DNA of 64,000 bases from assembly GCA_039096225.1 (NCBI GenBank), contig JBBPEB010000024.1:620001-684000 (forward strand), given 5' to 3'. The stretch is from Blastocystis sp. Blastoise (Eukaryota; Protista; Bigyra: Opalinata). Made by a program: the position numbers and the translations under genes. Of this stretch, positions 52,268 to 64,000 are shown piece by piece (the stretch's first letter is position 1; each line of letters opens with the position of its first letter). The notes under the pieces were generated by a model. That model did no database searches. It worked only from the letters and a program-made list of their open reading frames with translations, and had not been told where the DNA came from.

Positions 52268-52535
52268 TAAACATACTTAGGTAATAAATAAGTATACACT
52301 TGAATTTCATTTACATAAACAATAAATTCACTTTGACTTTGAACAGCTAACTGAAGAATAGTAAAATAGTTATCTACAGTTATATCCTTTCTAAAATAAA
52401 CACTATAGCCAGCATTCTTTATTTCTTTATTCTTATAGTCTTCACCCCATTCTTCTATCTTATTCTCCTTCCAAGAAGCAGTATCAACATTAGTAGAATA
52501 TTTCCAATTAGCACTTGAATCAACAAGAGAAGATA
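47170..52535 (-). CDS. Large surface/secreted-type protein: jelly-roll (galactose-binding-like) domains, putative Ig (He_PIG-like) repeats, Cys-rich HormR-like modules; 5'-truncated
   Basis: 1401-aa ORF with ISPDLPTGLFLSSNGILSGTP and ITPSLPEGITMD...YGTP, YINGIEIRRFNM...GDNIIAIEIH, and CESDGIWPQT...CP.GYEG...RYC...GEW. Three internal introns. Confidence 0.78.
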
Positions 52536-52589
52536 CTAGATAAATACATATATACATTAATTAAAAACAATAATACACTATTAAATATA

Positions 52590-53583
52590 TGTATTTTTTC
52601 TTTTCTGTACCATACCAGTTTGATTAGGGTTTACTAAGTTTTCTATTAATAATAGTTGATTGCTTGAATAATTTGAGTAGCATTGTTTCTTTTCTTTTCT
52701 TTTCTTCCTTTATCAACTAATAATTCAATCATTTCTTTCTCGAATATTTTAATATCAATAATCTTATCTTTTTATATCTATAGTTCCATTATTTATATAT
52801 TTAATATATTCATATTTCTTATTCATATATAAACTATCAGTTATATGATTATAATTAATAAATCCATTATTATAATTTTTAACATAATCATTCCATAATC
52901 CATTCTTAACTAAATATTCTTTAATACTATCATTCTTCTTTCCATTAATAATCAAAGAAACTTCATCTCCTTCTTCATATTTCTTCATCTTTCGATCTCT
53001 TCTTTCTCTACAATTTATTAATTCTAAAGGAATCACTAAGCCACAAAATTCAAATAAATTTAATAAATCTAATTGCTGCTCATAAGAAAATTGATCAAAA
53101 TCTACTTTCTTTCCATTCAAATAATCTAATAAATAGTAAATAAAAATATAATTTCCAGGATAATCAAGATATATAGATCCATCATTTGTTCTAAGTTCCT
53201 CATCACGTTGTTCTTCAATAAAAGAACCTCTTAAAGAATCTAAAACAGATTTCGATATTTGAAAAATAGGACCATTATTCGTAAATCGTATCAAATCCAT
53301 ATCATTATCATTACTATCATCCATATTGGCATTCATATCTTCATTATTATTACTTTCATAAACACATTTATTTTCAAATTCATTATTATTACCTTTCTTT
53401 TCGATATAATCATCTCCTATATGCTTTATAAGTCTATTAATCGATATTCCAGAATGTATACCAAGATTCATTACTGATCCAAATACACGAACTACGTCTT
53501 TCATCAATTCTTCATATACATTGATATCCTCCTTCAATTACTTAAACCAATTGACATCAAAAATAACAACTTTTCTTTCACTA
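52590..53583 (-). pseudogene. Truncated BTB-TLDc family gene
   Basis: ORF 52764-53537 (IRFTNNGPIFQISK...DGSIYLDYPG...LLDYLNG). In-frame TAA upstream, frameshifts downstream, and it breaks off at the start of TLDc (STIIN...NWYGTEKKK). Confidence 0.7.
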
Positions 53584-54107
53584 CAATATAAAAATCAAAT
53601 AACAAAAAATTAAAATTTTCATTTCTTTTTTTATATTTTCTAATATAATTCAGATTTTATATTCAAACATATTTATTTGTTGGTCTCCTTATATACTCTT
53701 CATATGAATAATTATCATAAATAACACATATATTCAATATCATCACAATTACAAAAATGATTCTCTACGAATATCATCCAATTCATGCTCTAAATCACTC
53801 AGAAAAGCTAAACAATTATAAAAAACAAATAAAGATTTCAAAATATAACGTTTATTTTCATTCTCATATACAATTTAGTCTTATATCTGATAAATGATAT
53901 CACTGAACAAATTACAATCATAAACTATTATTAAAAATTAAACTGGTTCTAATTCTCTTACTCAAGAAAAACTAAATTTAAAAAAACTTAAAAAAACATA
54001 AGTTTTTTATTCTTATAGTTTCAACAAATTTATTAAACTATCAAATAATTCTATAAAAAGTATATACAATATCTATAGTAATTCATAGAATATAGAATAT
54101 TGTTAAT

Positions 54108-57100
54108 ATGAGTACTCCGTCAACAATCACTTTGAGTGATTCTAACTCAAAAAGTAATATAAAGTTATATTTGTAATCTAAGTACTATAGATACTATTCT
54201 ATTTATCTTTCAAGATGAAATTAAGATTGATATTCCAATTGACATTTTAGAATTATGTCCAGAGTCAATATTGAGTTTGACATATACTTCAGAAGACTCT
54301 TTAGATAATGAAGATCATTCTTGCTATATTGATTACCCTTCCTATTCCATAGAAAAAGTGATTTCCTATCTCGAAGGAAAACTTTCAATTGATTGTTCAT
54401 TGTCTATTACTGAACTGTGTAACATGTATAAAGCATTTTATATTTTCTGTCTTCATGGAGCTTTCTCCCATTACTTTGAGTTATCCAATATTATACAACA
54501 AGCTCTTCAAACGTTTTTAAAGAAAAATAATTGTACAATGTATGTTCATTTATATATATATATATTTTCATATATTTTTTATAATAGTTGTAAAAAAACA
54601 ATATCTTCTGATATTACTGAATATATATTGATTATTGAAGGTAAATAATTTTATCTATATATATCAATATACAATAATAATAATTAAAATTATAGGTATT
54701 ATCTCAGAAGAACGAAATAAAAAATTTCTTGAATATTCCTGTTTATTCGAACTAATGAATATCACACGTGTTCATCTAAAATGTATATTTTAGCATTTCA
54801 ATGGTTATATATATTATTATAATATAATTCTTTATATATAGATCATTATTCAAATGAAATATCTTATGAATATATATATCCATCAAATATACATGAACTA
54901 TTTCCACGATTATTAAGATATGATATAGAATGTATGTATTTATTTTATTTAATAAATTATTTTTATTTCAGATTATAATTGATATTAATTATTTATATTC
55001 TATAATTAATATATATATAGTAATCTATTATCCAAGTACTAAAACAATAAAAATAAAGAATGGAGATTATTTATATGATTATTTTTCTAGATGTGATTAT
55101 TCAGATAAACGTATTTATATATATATAATATATACTTATATTATTAGGGAGATATGGTGGATATATAATAGATTATATTCCAAATCGTCGTTTCCCTCCT
55201 CTTAACATCAATAAAGATCCTATTGAAGAACAAAAGAAAATAATAAAATTTCAAACAGAAATTGAAGTTGTAGCAGAACGTATAAAAAATGATCTAAGTA
55301 CTTATTCAAAAAAGACAAAGAAATCTAAAGAAAACATTGTTTCGAATTCTGATTATTCATTTTCATCAATATCAGATGATAATTCTATCTCTTCTGTTGC
55401 TTCTAATCAACCTATATCTGCCAATATATCAACTAAAGAAAATAATTCTTTAAATTCGGATAAGATGATTGATTCTTTGTCTTCTTCAATTAATAACAAT
55501 TCTCAGAACCATTTTTCTTCTCTTCTTAAATCTTCTGTTTCTCCTCCTTCTCCGTTTCTTCCTCCTCCTATTATTACAAATATTTCTTCTTCTTTTCTTC
55601 ATCCTCATATTTCTCCTCCTTCTCCTCCTTCTCATATTTATCCTCATTCTCCTTCTTCTCCTACACTTCTTGACTTTCCTCTTTCTCCTTCTTCTTCTTT
55701 TCTTCATCCTCATATTTCTCCTCCTTCTCCTCCTCCTCATATTGACCATCATGTTTCTATTCCTTCTCTTATTTATCCTCATACCTATCCTCCTCCTCTT
55801 CCTTCAATTCTTTCTCCTCCTTCATTTTTTTCTTCTTCTATTGTTTCTCCTTTCAATGTTGCTTCTTTTTTTCCATTTATCTCTAATTATCCTTTTGTTA
55901 TTGAAAGTGATAATGATCCATATGAAGATTTTCATTTTATTTCCAGATACTATTCATCAGATATAATTGTTCAATACCCTTATTATTATTCAGATACTTA
56001 TAATAATCACATATTAAATGATAATAATTATCAAGATAATTATAATGTTATATCTACAAAAAAATCAACGTTTTATTTTCATTTCAAAGATAATAATGAT
56101 AGTATATATCTTAATTTTTTAAAATACAATATATATATATAGTAATTGACTATGAACACCCTATATTAGAGTATCTATTTATTATATATATGTATAAATA
56201 TAATTTATTTTTATAGAATTCCTTTTATTCCTCCAGATTCAATACTTACTTATATATTAAATATGCCAATTTGTAAGCATCTTAAAGAGATTTGTGTTTC
56301 AGATAGTATATATATAATTATTTACATATATAAATCTTATTATATTATTATAATAGAAAAGATATTTTGGGAACTTCAAATAGTAACTCCTCCATTATTA
56401 ACATCTTTTCTAAATGGTCTTTTTGATCTTCATACAACTATCAATTTAACTGATTGTATATATATTTATTATATGATTGTTAATATATATATTTTTTTCT
56501 ATTATAAATATATATATAGTGATAGATAGAAGTTCTTATGGTCATTATAAACAATTTCTAGAAGATTATATTTCTACTCATATATTTCCAAATGTAACAA
56601 CACTTCGAATTGATAGTATATATACATTATTATTATTTTTTAATTATTTTATGAATATATATTATTTATATATATATATTATTATTAATATACAGATAGA
56701 GGGAATAAGTCATTTGATGAGAAAATGTTTAATCGATTTCTTTTATTATTTACTTCTGAACATTTCCCAAAATTACATATTTATGATCTTCAACATTATT
56801 CTATAAAGAATTATGAATTTGTTACAAGTATAGATAGTATACTTCAAATACCATTAATAGAACAATTGGATACTATGTATATGACTATATCAACGGAACA
56901 AGAAGTATCATCAAGTCAATCTAAAAAGAAATCATACCTTGATTCAATATTACAAACAATAAAGAAATTAAATAATAATACAAACTATCAACTATGTTGT
57001 ATATACTTATTATTATATATTTATTGTATTCTATCTATAGTTAATAATTTCATTTTCTTTAAGAATGATATACTATCAGAATTATTATTTCAAAAGAATG

Positions 57101-59198
57101 TTATCTTTAATAAAACCTCTTTTTATTGTATACTCATTTTTAAACATATATATATTTTAAATAATACCTATATATAGTAGATAATAGTACTATTGGACTT
57201 ATATCCTCAGAAGATACACACTTTTTGAAGGATTATGAGTTTAAAGAATTATATATTCATGACAAAGAAGCAGGTATATTTTTATATTCTTTCATTATAT
57301 ATCAATAAACCCAGATTTATAGTAATCATGAATATTTTATTTATTATTTAATATATTTATAATTTTTCCTTTCATTTTAAACTTATATCCTTTTTTTAAA
57401 TTTTTACGTTATAAATAGTTAGAAATGATTATGAAAAATCAAAATTAGAGTTATCAATTTTAAGGAATGGAAATAAAAACATAAATAAATATCAAGATCA
57501 ATTGGAAATATGTATTTGTTAAGATTATTATTTTTCTTATTATATCTATAATAAAAACTATATTTAGTTATATATTCATCTGTATTCTCTCCTAATGAAG
57601 TCAATAGTTTTACTAATATTATGAATTCATTAAATACGGAACATATTGAAACGATTACTTTTTCTTGTATATATATTTATATAGTATCTATATTTTTCTT
57701 TCTGTTTATTTTCATCTTATTTAATACTATATATGATAGTGTTTTTATTCTTATATATATATAGTTCGAGAAAACTATCACATTTCATTACCTGACTTTG
57801 TTTCTAGTTTTAAGAAAGCTAATTATCCTCATTTAAAGAAATTAACTATTAGTATATATATATATATATTCATTCTTTATTAATCAATAATACTTTTATA
57901 TTAACTATTTATTATTAATCATTCAAATTATAGCATATATTAGTATGTTTGCAGGCGTAACCCTTGAAGATATAAAAATAAATACAAAGAATATGTCTTT
58001 GTTATTATCATGCTTTTCAAATAGTCTTAAAGAATTAAATTTAGATTGTATATTCTAATTTTTCTTATTTTTAATATATATATAGTAGAACCAGATTATT
58101 ATTATTTGTCTTATTTTTATTATATATATAGTAGAACCAGAAAATGATTATATGGAAACTATTTTGAAAGAAACAGTTAATTTTCCGTTATGGGAGAATA
58201 TAGAATCTCTTTCTTTTCCAACAGGTAAATATAGTTTATGTAATATAATATCAATATAATATAATATAATATTTATATATATATAGGACGTTATCATCGT
58301 GTCACTTGTCTTTTTGATTTTTTTTGTAATAATTTTATAAATAATAAATTATTACAATTGGAATCATTAGTTCTTACTGGTATTTTATATTATCTTTATT
58401 TTTTATTATTATCATTAATAATAATTGCTATAATTAAATCTCTATAGGTAAAAATGATTATGAACAGGACTATTTACTTTTTATTCATCAATTATTGAAT
58501 GATTTAAATATATATAATTCTAAATCAATAATTGATGAGACTGAAAAATCTCAAAGCTTTTATTGTATATATTTGTCTATATTCTCTTCCCTACAATAAA
58601 GTGATTATTCTCATTTTTCATATATATGTATTAGCAACTTTATATCTATCTAGGTGTTGACTGTATATATCAAGTCAAGGATATTATATGTAATTTTGAA
58701 TCATTACAATTAAAATATCAAGAACCAATAAAATATATACATATGTCAAGAAGATTTGAGCATTTTGTTGAATTTAATAAACGATATTGGAATTCTATAT
58801 ATATCTTGTTACAAACACAAAATATGAATTCCTTAGAATCTTTATATATGTATATATATGAAGAGAATGACTTAATAAAAACTGAAGAACTTTTTAATGA
58901 AAAGAACTTTCCTAATATGAAGGAGTGTACAATTTATGTAATAGGTATATTTATATATATTATATAGATAAACTTTTAATCTATATATATACATATATTT
59001 ATATATATTTATATATATTATATAGATAAACTTTTAATCTATATATATACATATATTTATATATATTTATTCAATAATAGTATATATATTAAATTTATTA
59101 TAGAATCACTCTTTATGACAGAATCATGTGAAGTTTTGAAGAAACAAGCGAAAGAATCAAGAAATTCATTTGTTGTTGATTCTTTTATTTTAGAATAA
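54108..59198 (+). CDS. BTB-like/FPKL-repeat family protein (paralogue G) with Pro/Ser-rich insertion
   Basis: MSTPSTITLSDSNSK|NTILFIFQDEIKIDIP...CYIDYPS; YEYIYPSNIHELFPRL; THIFPNV; EHFPKL. Stop TAA at 59196-59198. Confidence 0.78.
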
Positions 59199-59452
59199 TG
59201 GTGATTCCTTTTAAAGTTAATATATTTTACTATAGTTATATCTACTTATTTTTAATACTCATATATATATATATATTTTTATGTGCCATTTATAATCGCT
59301 TTAACTACTTTTATATCACATTTTATGTTTTTTTATTTTATTTAAATTCAATGACTTTTAACAACTTAATCTCAAGGATATTGTCATGTTAATACTTTAA
59401 TATCTTTTTATTCTAACTTTATATATACAAATATAAAATTTTATAATTTTAA

Positions 59453-59482
59453 ATAAGTATCACAAAGTCTTGTGATACTTAT
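59453..59482. repeat. 13-bp perfect inverted repeat with 4-nt loop, between convergent genes
   Basis: ataagtatcacaa-agtc-ttgtgatacttat. Confidence 0.9.
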
Positions 59483-59922
59483 AACATAAATAAAAATGCT
59501 TAAAAGTAATTATACTTAATTAATGGTAGTTTGTAAGAAATATAAGCATCTATTAGTTATTTATTTTTAATACATATATATAGCAATACGAAAAGGTCAA
59601 CATAAAATAAAAAACTATTCCACTTTCTATTTGATATAGAACACTATTATATGTCAATGTTATTCAATAAACATAATTTTAAAAATTATTAATTATTCAT
59701 TTGTATAATCATATTTAAATACACTGATATCATATAGAATAAACATTTAAAACAAAAAGTGCGAATATATTAAAAAAATAAATTAACAAAAATTAAGTGT
59801 TATAAAAATAATTAAATATATAATTAAAGTATGATAGAAATATATAAAGAAGATATATAGAATGTGAAACTATATATAGAATAATGATATTAAAAAATAG
59901 AAAACAATTAGAAAATATAGAT

Positions 59923-62900
59923 TTAAAATAATTTAAATTTGTAAAAAACATGATTCTTTCTAATAAATATTGAATATGTCATTGCTTGTTTATATATATT
60001 AATAGTCTTTTTCGATGAATTTAATATAGTTGAATCTAATATATAATAATCATAAATATATAATAATCATAAATATATATATATATATACCATATCCACA
60101 AGTAAATTCTTTTAATTTAGGTATTTTACCTGATAAAACTAAATCCAATACATTAAATAATAATGTATCCTTATGAAAAACTGAATAAAAAGAATATTTT
60201 AATAATTATAATGATATATATATTAACGTACATATATCAAAACTTCTTAAATTTGGTATTTGTTGTTGTTTAATACATTTAATAAATGATTTAATTTCAT
60301 ATTCAGATATTGATTTATCTTTATATATATATATATATAGATAATAATCAGTAATACAGCATACCTTCTTGTTTAATAGCAATAGTTTCTACAGATAAAT
60401 CAATAGTATCTTTTATTTGTCGAATAGATTCGTTGGGATTAAAAACGAAAGAACGACGATTTCTATCTTCTTCTAGAAAAGAATTCAAATAACAATAATA
60501 AATTATTAATATAACATTTATATACCAATCAAATATATAGTACTTAATGATGGGAAATTAACATGAGTATTATATAAGAATAAAGTATCCATAAAATTAT
60601 TGAAACATTCACTTGATTTTACAGCTATATAAAAATATAAAATAAAAAATATTAATTCAAAAAAATATATATTAATAGTGATGAAATAATTCATAATAAA
60701 ATAATTTTGATATTTTTAATATATATAGTTGATTATCATTATTTTATGTAATCAAATTTTCTTAAACATCAAAATATATATCATAATATTTATTAACAAA
60801 AAAATGTTAATAATAAATATTATACTTTACTATAATATATAAATACAGATTTTAATGATTTTCAATTTAGGAAAATTATTCTTAGTATATAATTCGAAAA
60901 ATGTCTTTATTTGTATATCATCTATTTCTAAATAATAATTATATAGTTGTTTATTACAAATATTAATTATAATAACATAACAATAAATATAATAATAAAT
61001 ACAATAATAACTAATATATATCAAAACTTAATTCAGTTGCATTTTGGAAACCTCCATTTTGAATTAATTGCATTATCATATTATCATGAATATATCCTAA
61101 GAAGCATTAATCATAATTATATTATTATTTATATTAACAATAATTTATATTAATAATAATAATAAAAAATGATGTTCATTAATATAATTCTGACTATATA
61201 TATACCTTTAAATATAATAAACGAAGCTTTACGAACTATTTTTATAAGAATATTTTGGAAAATAGAGAAATATTCAATTTCAATATTCTTTTCAGTTTTC
61301 GGTACTATATAAATAGATAAATTGTTAGATAGATATAATGCTAGTATATACAATCAATAGTTAAATATTTTATGCTATTAAATGTGTTATCGTTAATTAG
61401 AGTATCAATTCTTTTTAATTCATTTATACATATATAATTCTCAACTATATATATAATATAATACTAATAATAATACATGTATATATAATTATACATGAAA
61501 GACAACAGTCTGCTAGCTTTTGTAATATACTACTATTAAATAGATGTTTAAAAGCATCTTTAGTATCAAATAATTCTTGAGTTTCATCATTATTATTTTC
61601 ATTATCATTATTATCATTTGTCTCATCATCATTTTGATAATAATAATAATATGATTCAACTTCTTTATAATCATCATTCACATAATAATCTATATAGTAT
61701 ATAATTCTTCTATATAAATATATACTAACAAAGAACATTTTGAATGAGTCAACTTTTACGTTTCTATTTTCAAATTCTTGTAATATATGATCAAATACCG
61801 GATTATATTTTTTAAGGGAATAAAGATCTATTAAAAATAAAAATAAAGAATAAACAGATATTTTTTAATATTTGAAATATATATGAAATATACTTGTAAG
61901 ACTATTTGTATATGTAAAAAGACCTCTATCAAATATTTCCTTCATATGAGGAAATTTATAAATAATAGCAGCTATATATATATAAAAATATTCAATGATT
62001 ATAATTTACATATAATAAATTTTATTAAATATTAAATATATATATACAGCTTGAAAAAATATGAATTGAATGATTATAAGCTAAATCATCTAAATAGATT
62101 GCAATTTCTTCTTCGTTCTTATACAATATATATGTTACATTTATTGTATTAATCTCTGATAAGATTTGTTTAGGAATTCGTTGATTTAGAATAAGTCTAC
62201 CTGTAATATATATTTCTTTATTAATAAATAATATATATATATACTCTCTTTATAAGTAAGAATATGTAATTTTGGGAAGCATTCCTTCTTAATTAATGAT
62301 AATGTGAAAGTTTCTATATATATATATATGTATATCATAAGTTAATATATACTATCATCAACAATGAGTTCAGTAACATTAGGAAACACATGAGTTGTCA
62401 TTATGTTTATAAACTCATCATTACTAATTAATTTATTGAATTCTGTAACTATATAAAGAGCATCATTAAACATAATAAATAAATAACAATATATACTCCA
62501 TCTTATTGCTATTGAGGTGAGAGAATCAAAATAACCTTCTTCAAACGCTTTCATAAAAATAATAGCAAATTGCTTGTCGATATAAGAAATTTTATCTATA
62601 TATTGAATATCAAATAATTATAAATATTTTCTTTTTTATAAATTTATTTATTTACCTGATTGAATATTTAACTTCGAAAAATGAAAACTAGATGGAAAAT
62701 GTAATAATTGAGCTAAACCAATTTCTGTATTAATTTTGGAATTATATCTATACAAATATATTTAAAATAAAAGTGTTTAACATATATAATTATAATATAA
62801 ATACGAGAATACCGAGAGTGTCATGTCATCTGTAAATATAATTTTAAGACAGATATATATATATATATATTTAATAATATAAATAATATATAAATGTTAA

Positions 62901-64000
62901 GTATATATAAATATAAAAAAATACTACCATAATTAATAGCTACACTATCTTTAAGTGAATAATAGATATCTTGACTAATTTTAACTTGTGTATAATCATC
63001 TGAATATACAGCTGGTTCAAGAATAGCTTCATAAAGTTTAGGTAATTTATTTTCAGTTTTTCTATCAGAATAAGAATATTTAATATGCCAATCAACATTA
63101 GTATTCTTTATATCAAAAGAATTATTCTTATTATATTCATCCATCTCTGACTCAGTATAATAATCAAATTTCTCATCATCATCTATTCTGTTACCATTAT
63201 TTTCACAAAAATTAATATATTCATGTATATATTCATCAGTATTTGGATTCAATAATGTATCACCTTTCAAATAGTTTGTAACCACTATATATATATATAT
63301 AGTTATATATAATATATACCACAAATGTTTAGTTTTTTAACTGATGGAAATATATCTTGAATACACGACGGATAAATATATTCTGATGGAATATTTGGTG
63401 CATATTGATCTATATATATAATTATAATTATTTATTGTATTCTAATTATATATATATATATACATGTAATTTTAAGATTAGCAATATTTGACATTTTAAA
63501 AAGAAATGAATAACGTAATAATTCTTCTTTTCGTTGTGGAGTCATTAATCCTATATATATATATATGAATATATATATATATATATAATTACCATTTAGA
63601 TTTATTATTTGCTGGTCAGAATAAAATAGCATCTCATGTGAATTCAGCAAAGCAAATTTATCAAAAACAAAATATTTATTTTCTTTCAAATAATCATAGA
63701 ATAACTTTTTAATATGTAATAATAAAACATTTTGTTTTATGTGATCAAATACAACATGATATTCATCAAGTGTTTTATATATATCAACACCATCATTTAA
63801 ACTTAATGAAGAAATATCTATATTATCGTCCATCAAAAAATTAATCACTTTTTTCATGCTCAATGAAGGCATATCTACATAATAACTATCATCATCATAC
63901 TTATCAGAGTGTTCAATAATATCATGAAAGGGAAATTGAGGATATTTCTCAATAAATTCTCTTGAAATCCATAATTTCGTCTCATCTTGAAACGTAAACA
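59923..64000 (-). CDS. BTB-like/FPKL-repeat family protein (paralogue H); 5' end beyond the window
   Basis: FTFQDETKLWISREFIEKYPQFPF...YYVDMPSL; THVFPNV; ECFPKL. Ends FIRKNHVFYKFKLF-TAA. Confidence 0.8.

Noticed and set aside
55469-55966. Overlapping Leu-rich and antisense Arg-rich ORFs
   Set aside because: Alternative frames of the pyrimidine-rich Pro/Ser exon.

Overview
Very AT-rich (~20% GC by eye), intron-dense eukaryotic DNA with short introns of about 30-110 nt. Gene style and families suggest an AT-rich Blastocystis-like stramenopile (inference only). Contents: six paralogues of an expanded BTB/POZ-like + 'FPKL/FPNV' LRR-like family; a giant filamin-like/Cys-repeat single-pass membrane protein; a J-like membrane protein lacking HPD; ATE1; a large Ig-like/jelly-roll surface-type protein; pseudogene fragments (UTP20-like, two BTB-TLDc); and long (TA)n/(TAA)n microsatellites inside introns. 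Main observations: (1) four frame-restoring U12-type AT-AC introns within 3.2 kb of the Cys-repeat gene, with a shared divergent branch point; (2) an isolated ~53% GC, highly foldable 160-nt element joined to a perfect 30-bp inverted repeat at 20488-20730, matching no RNA family I recognise; (3) introns made of nothing but GT(AT)nAG. Gene models were spliced by hand, so internal boundaries are approximate.
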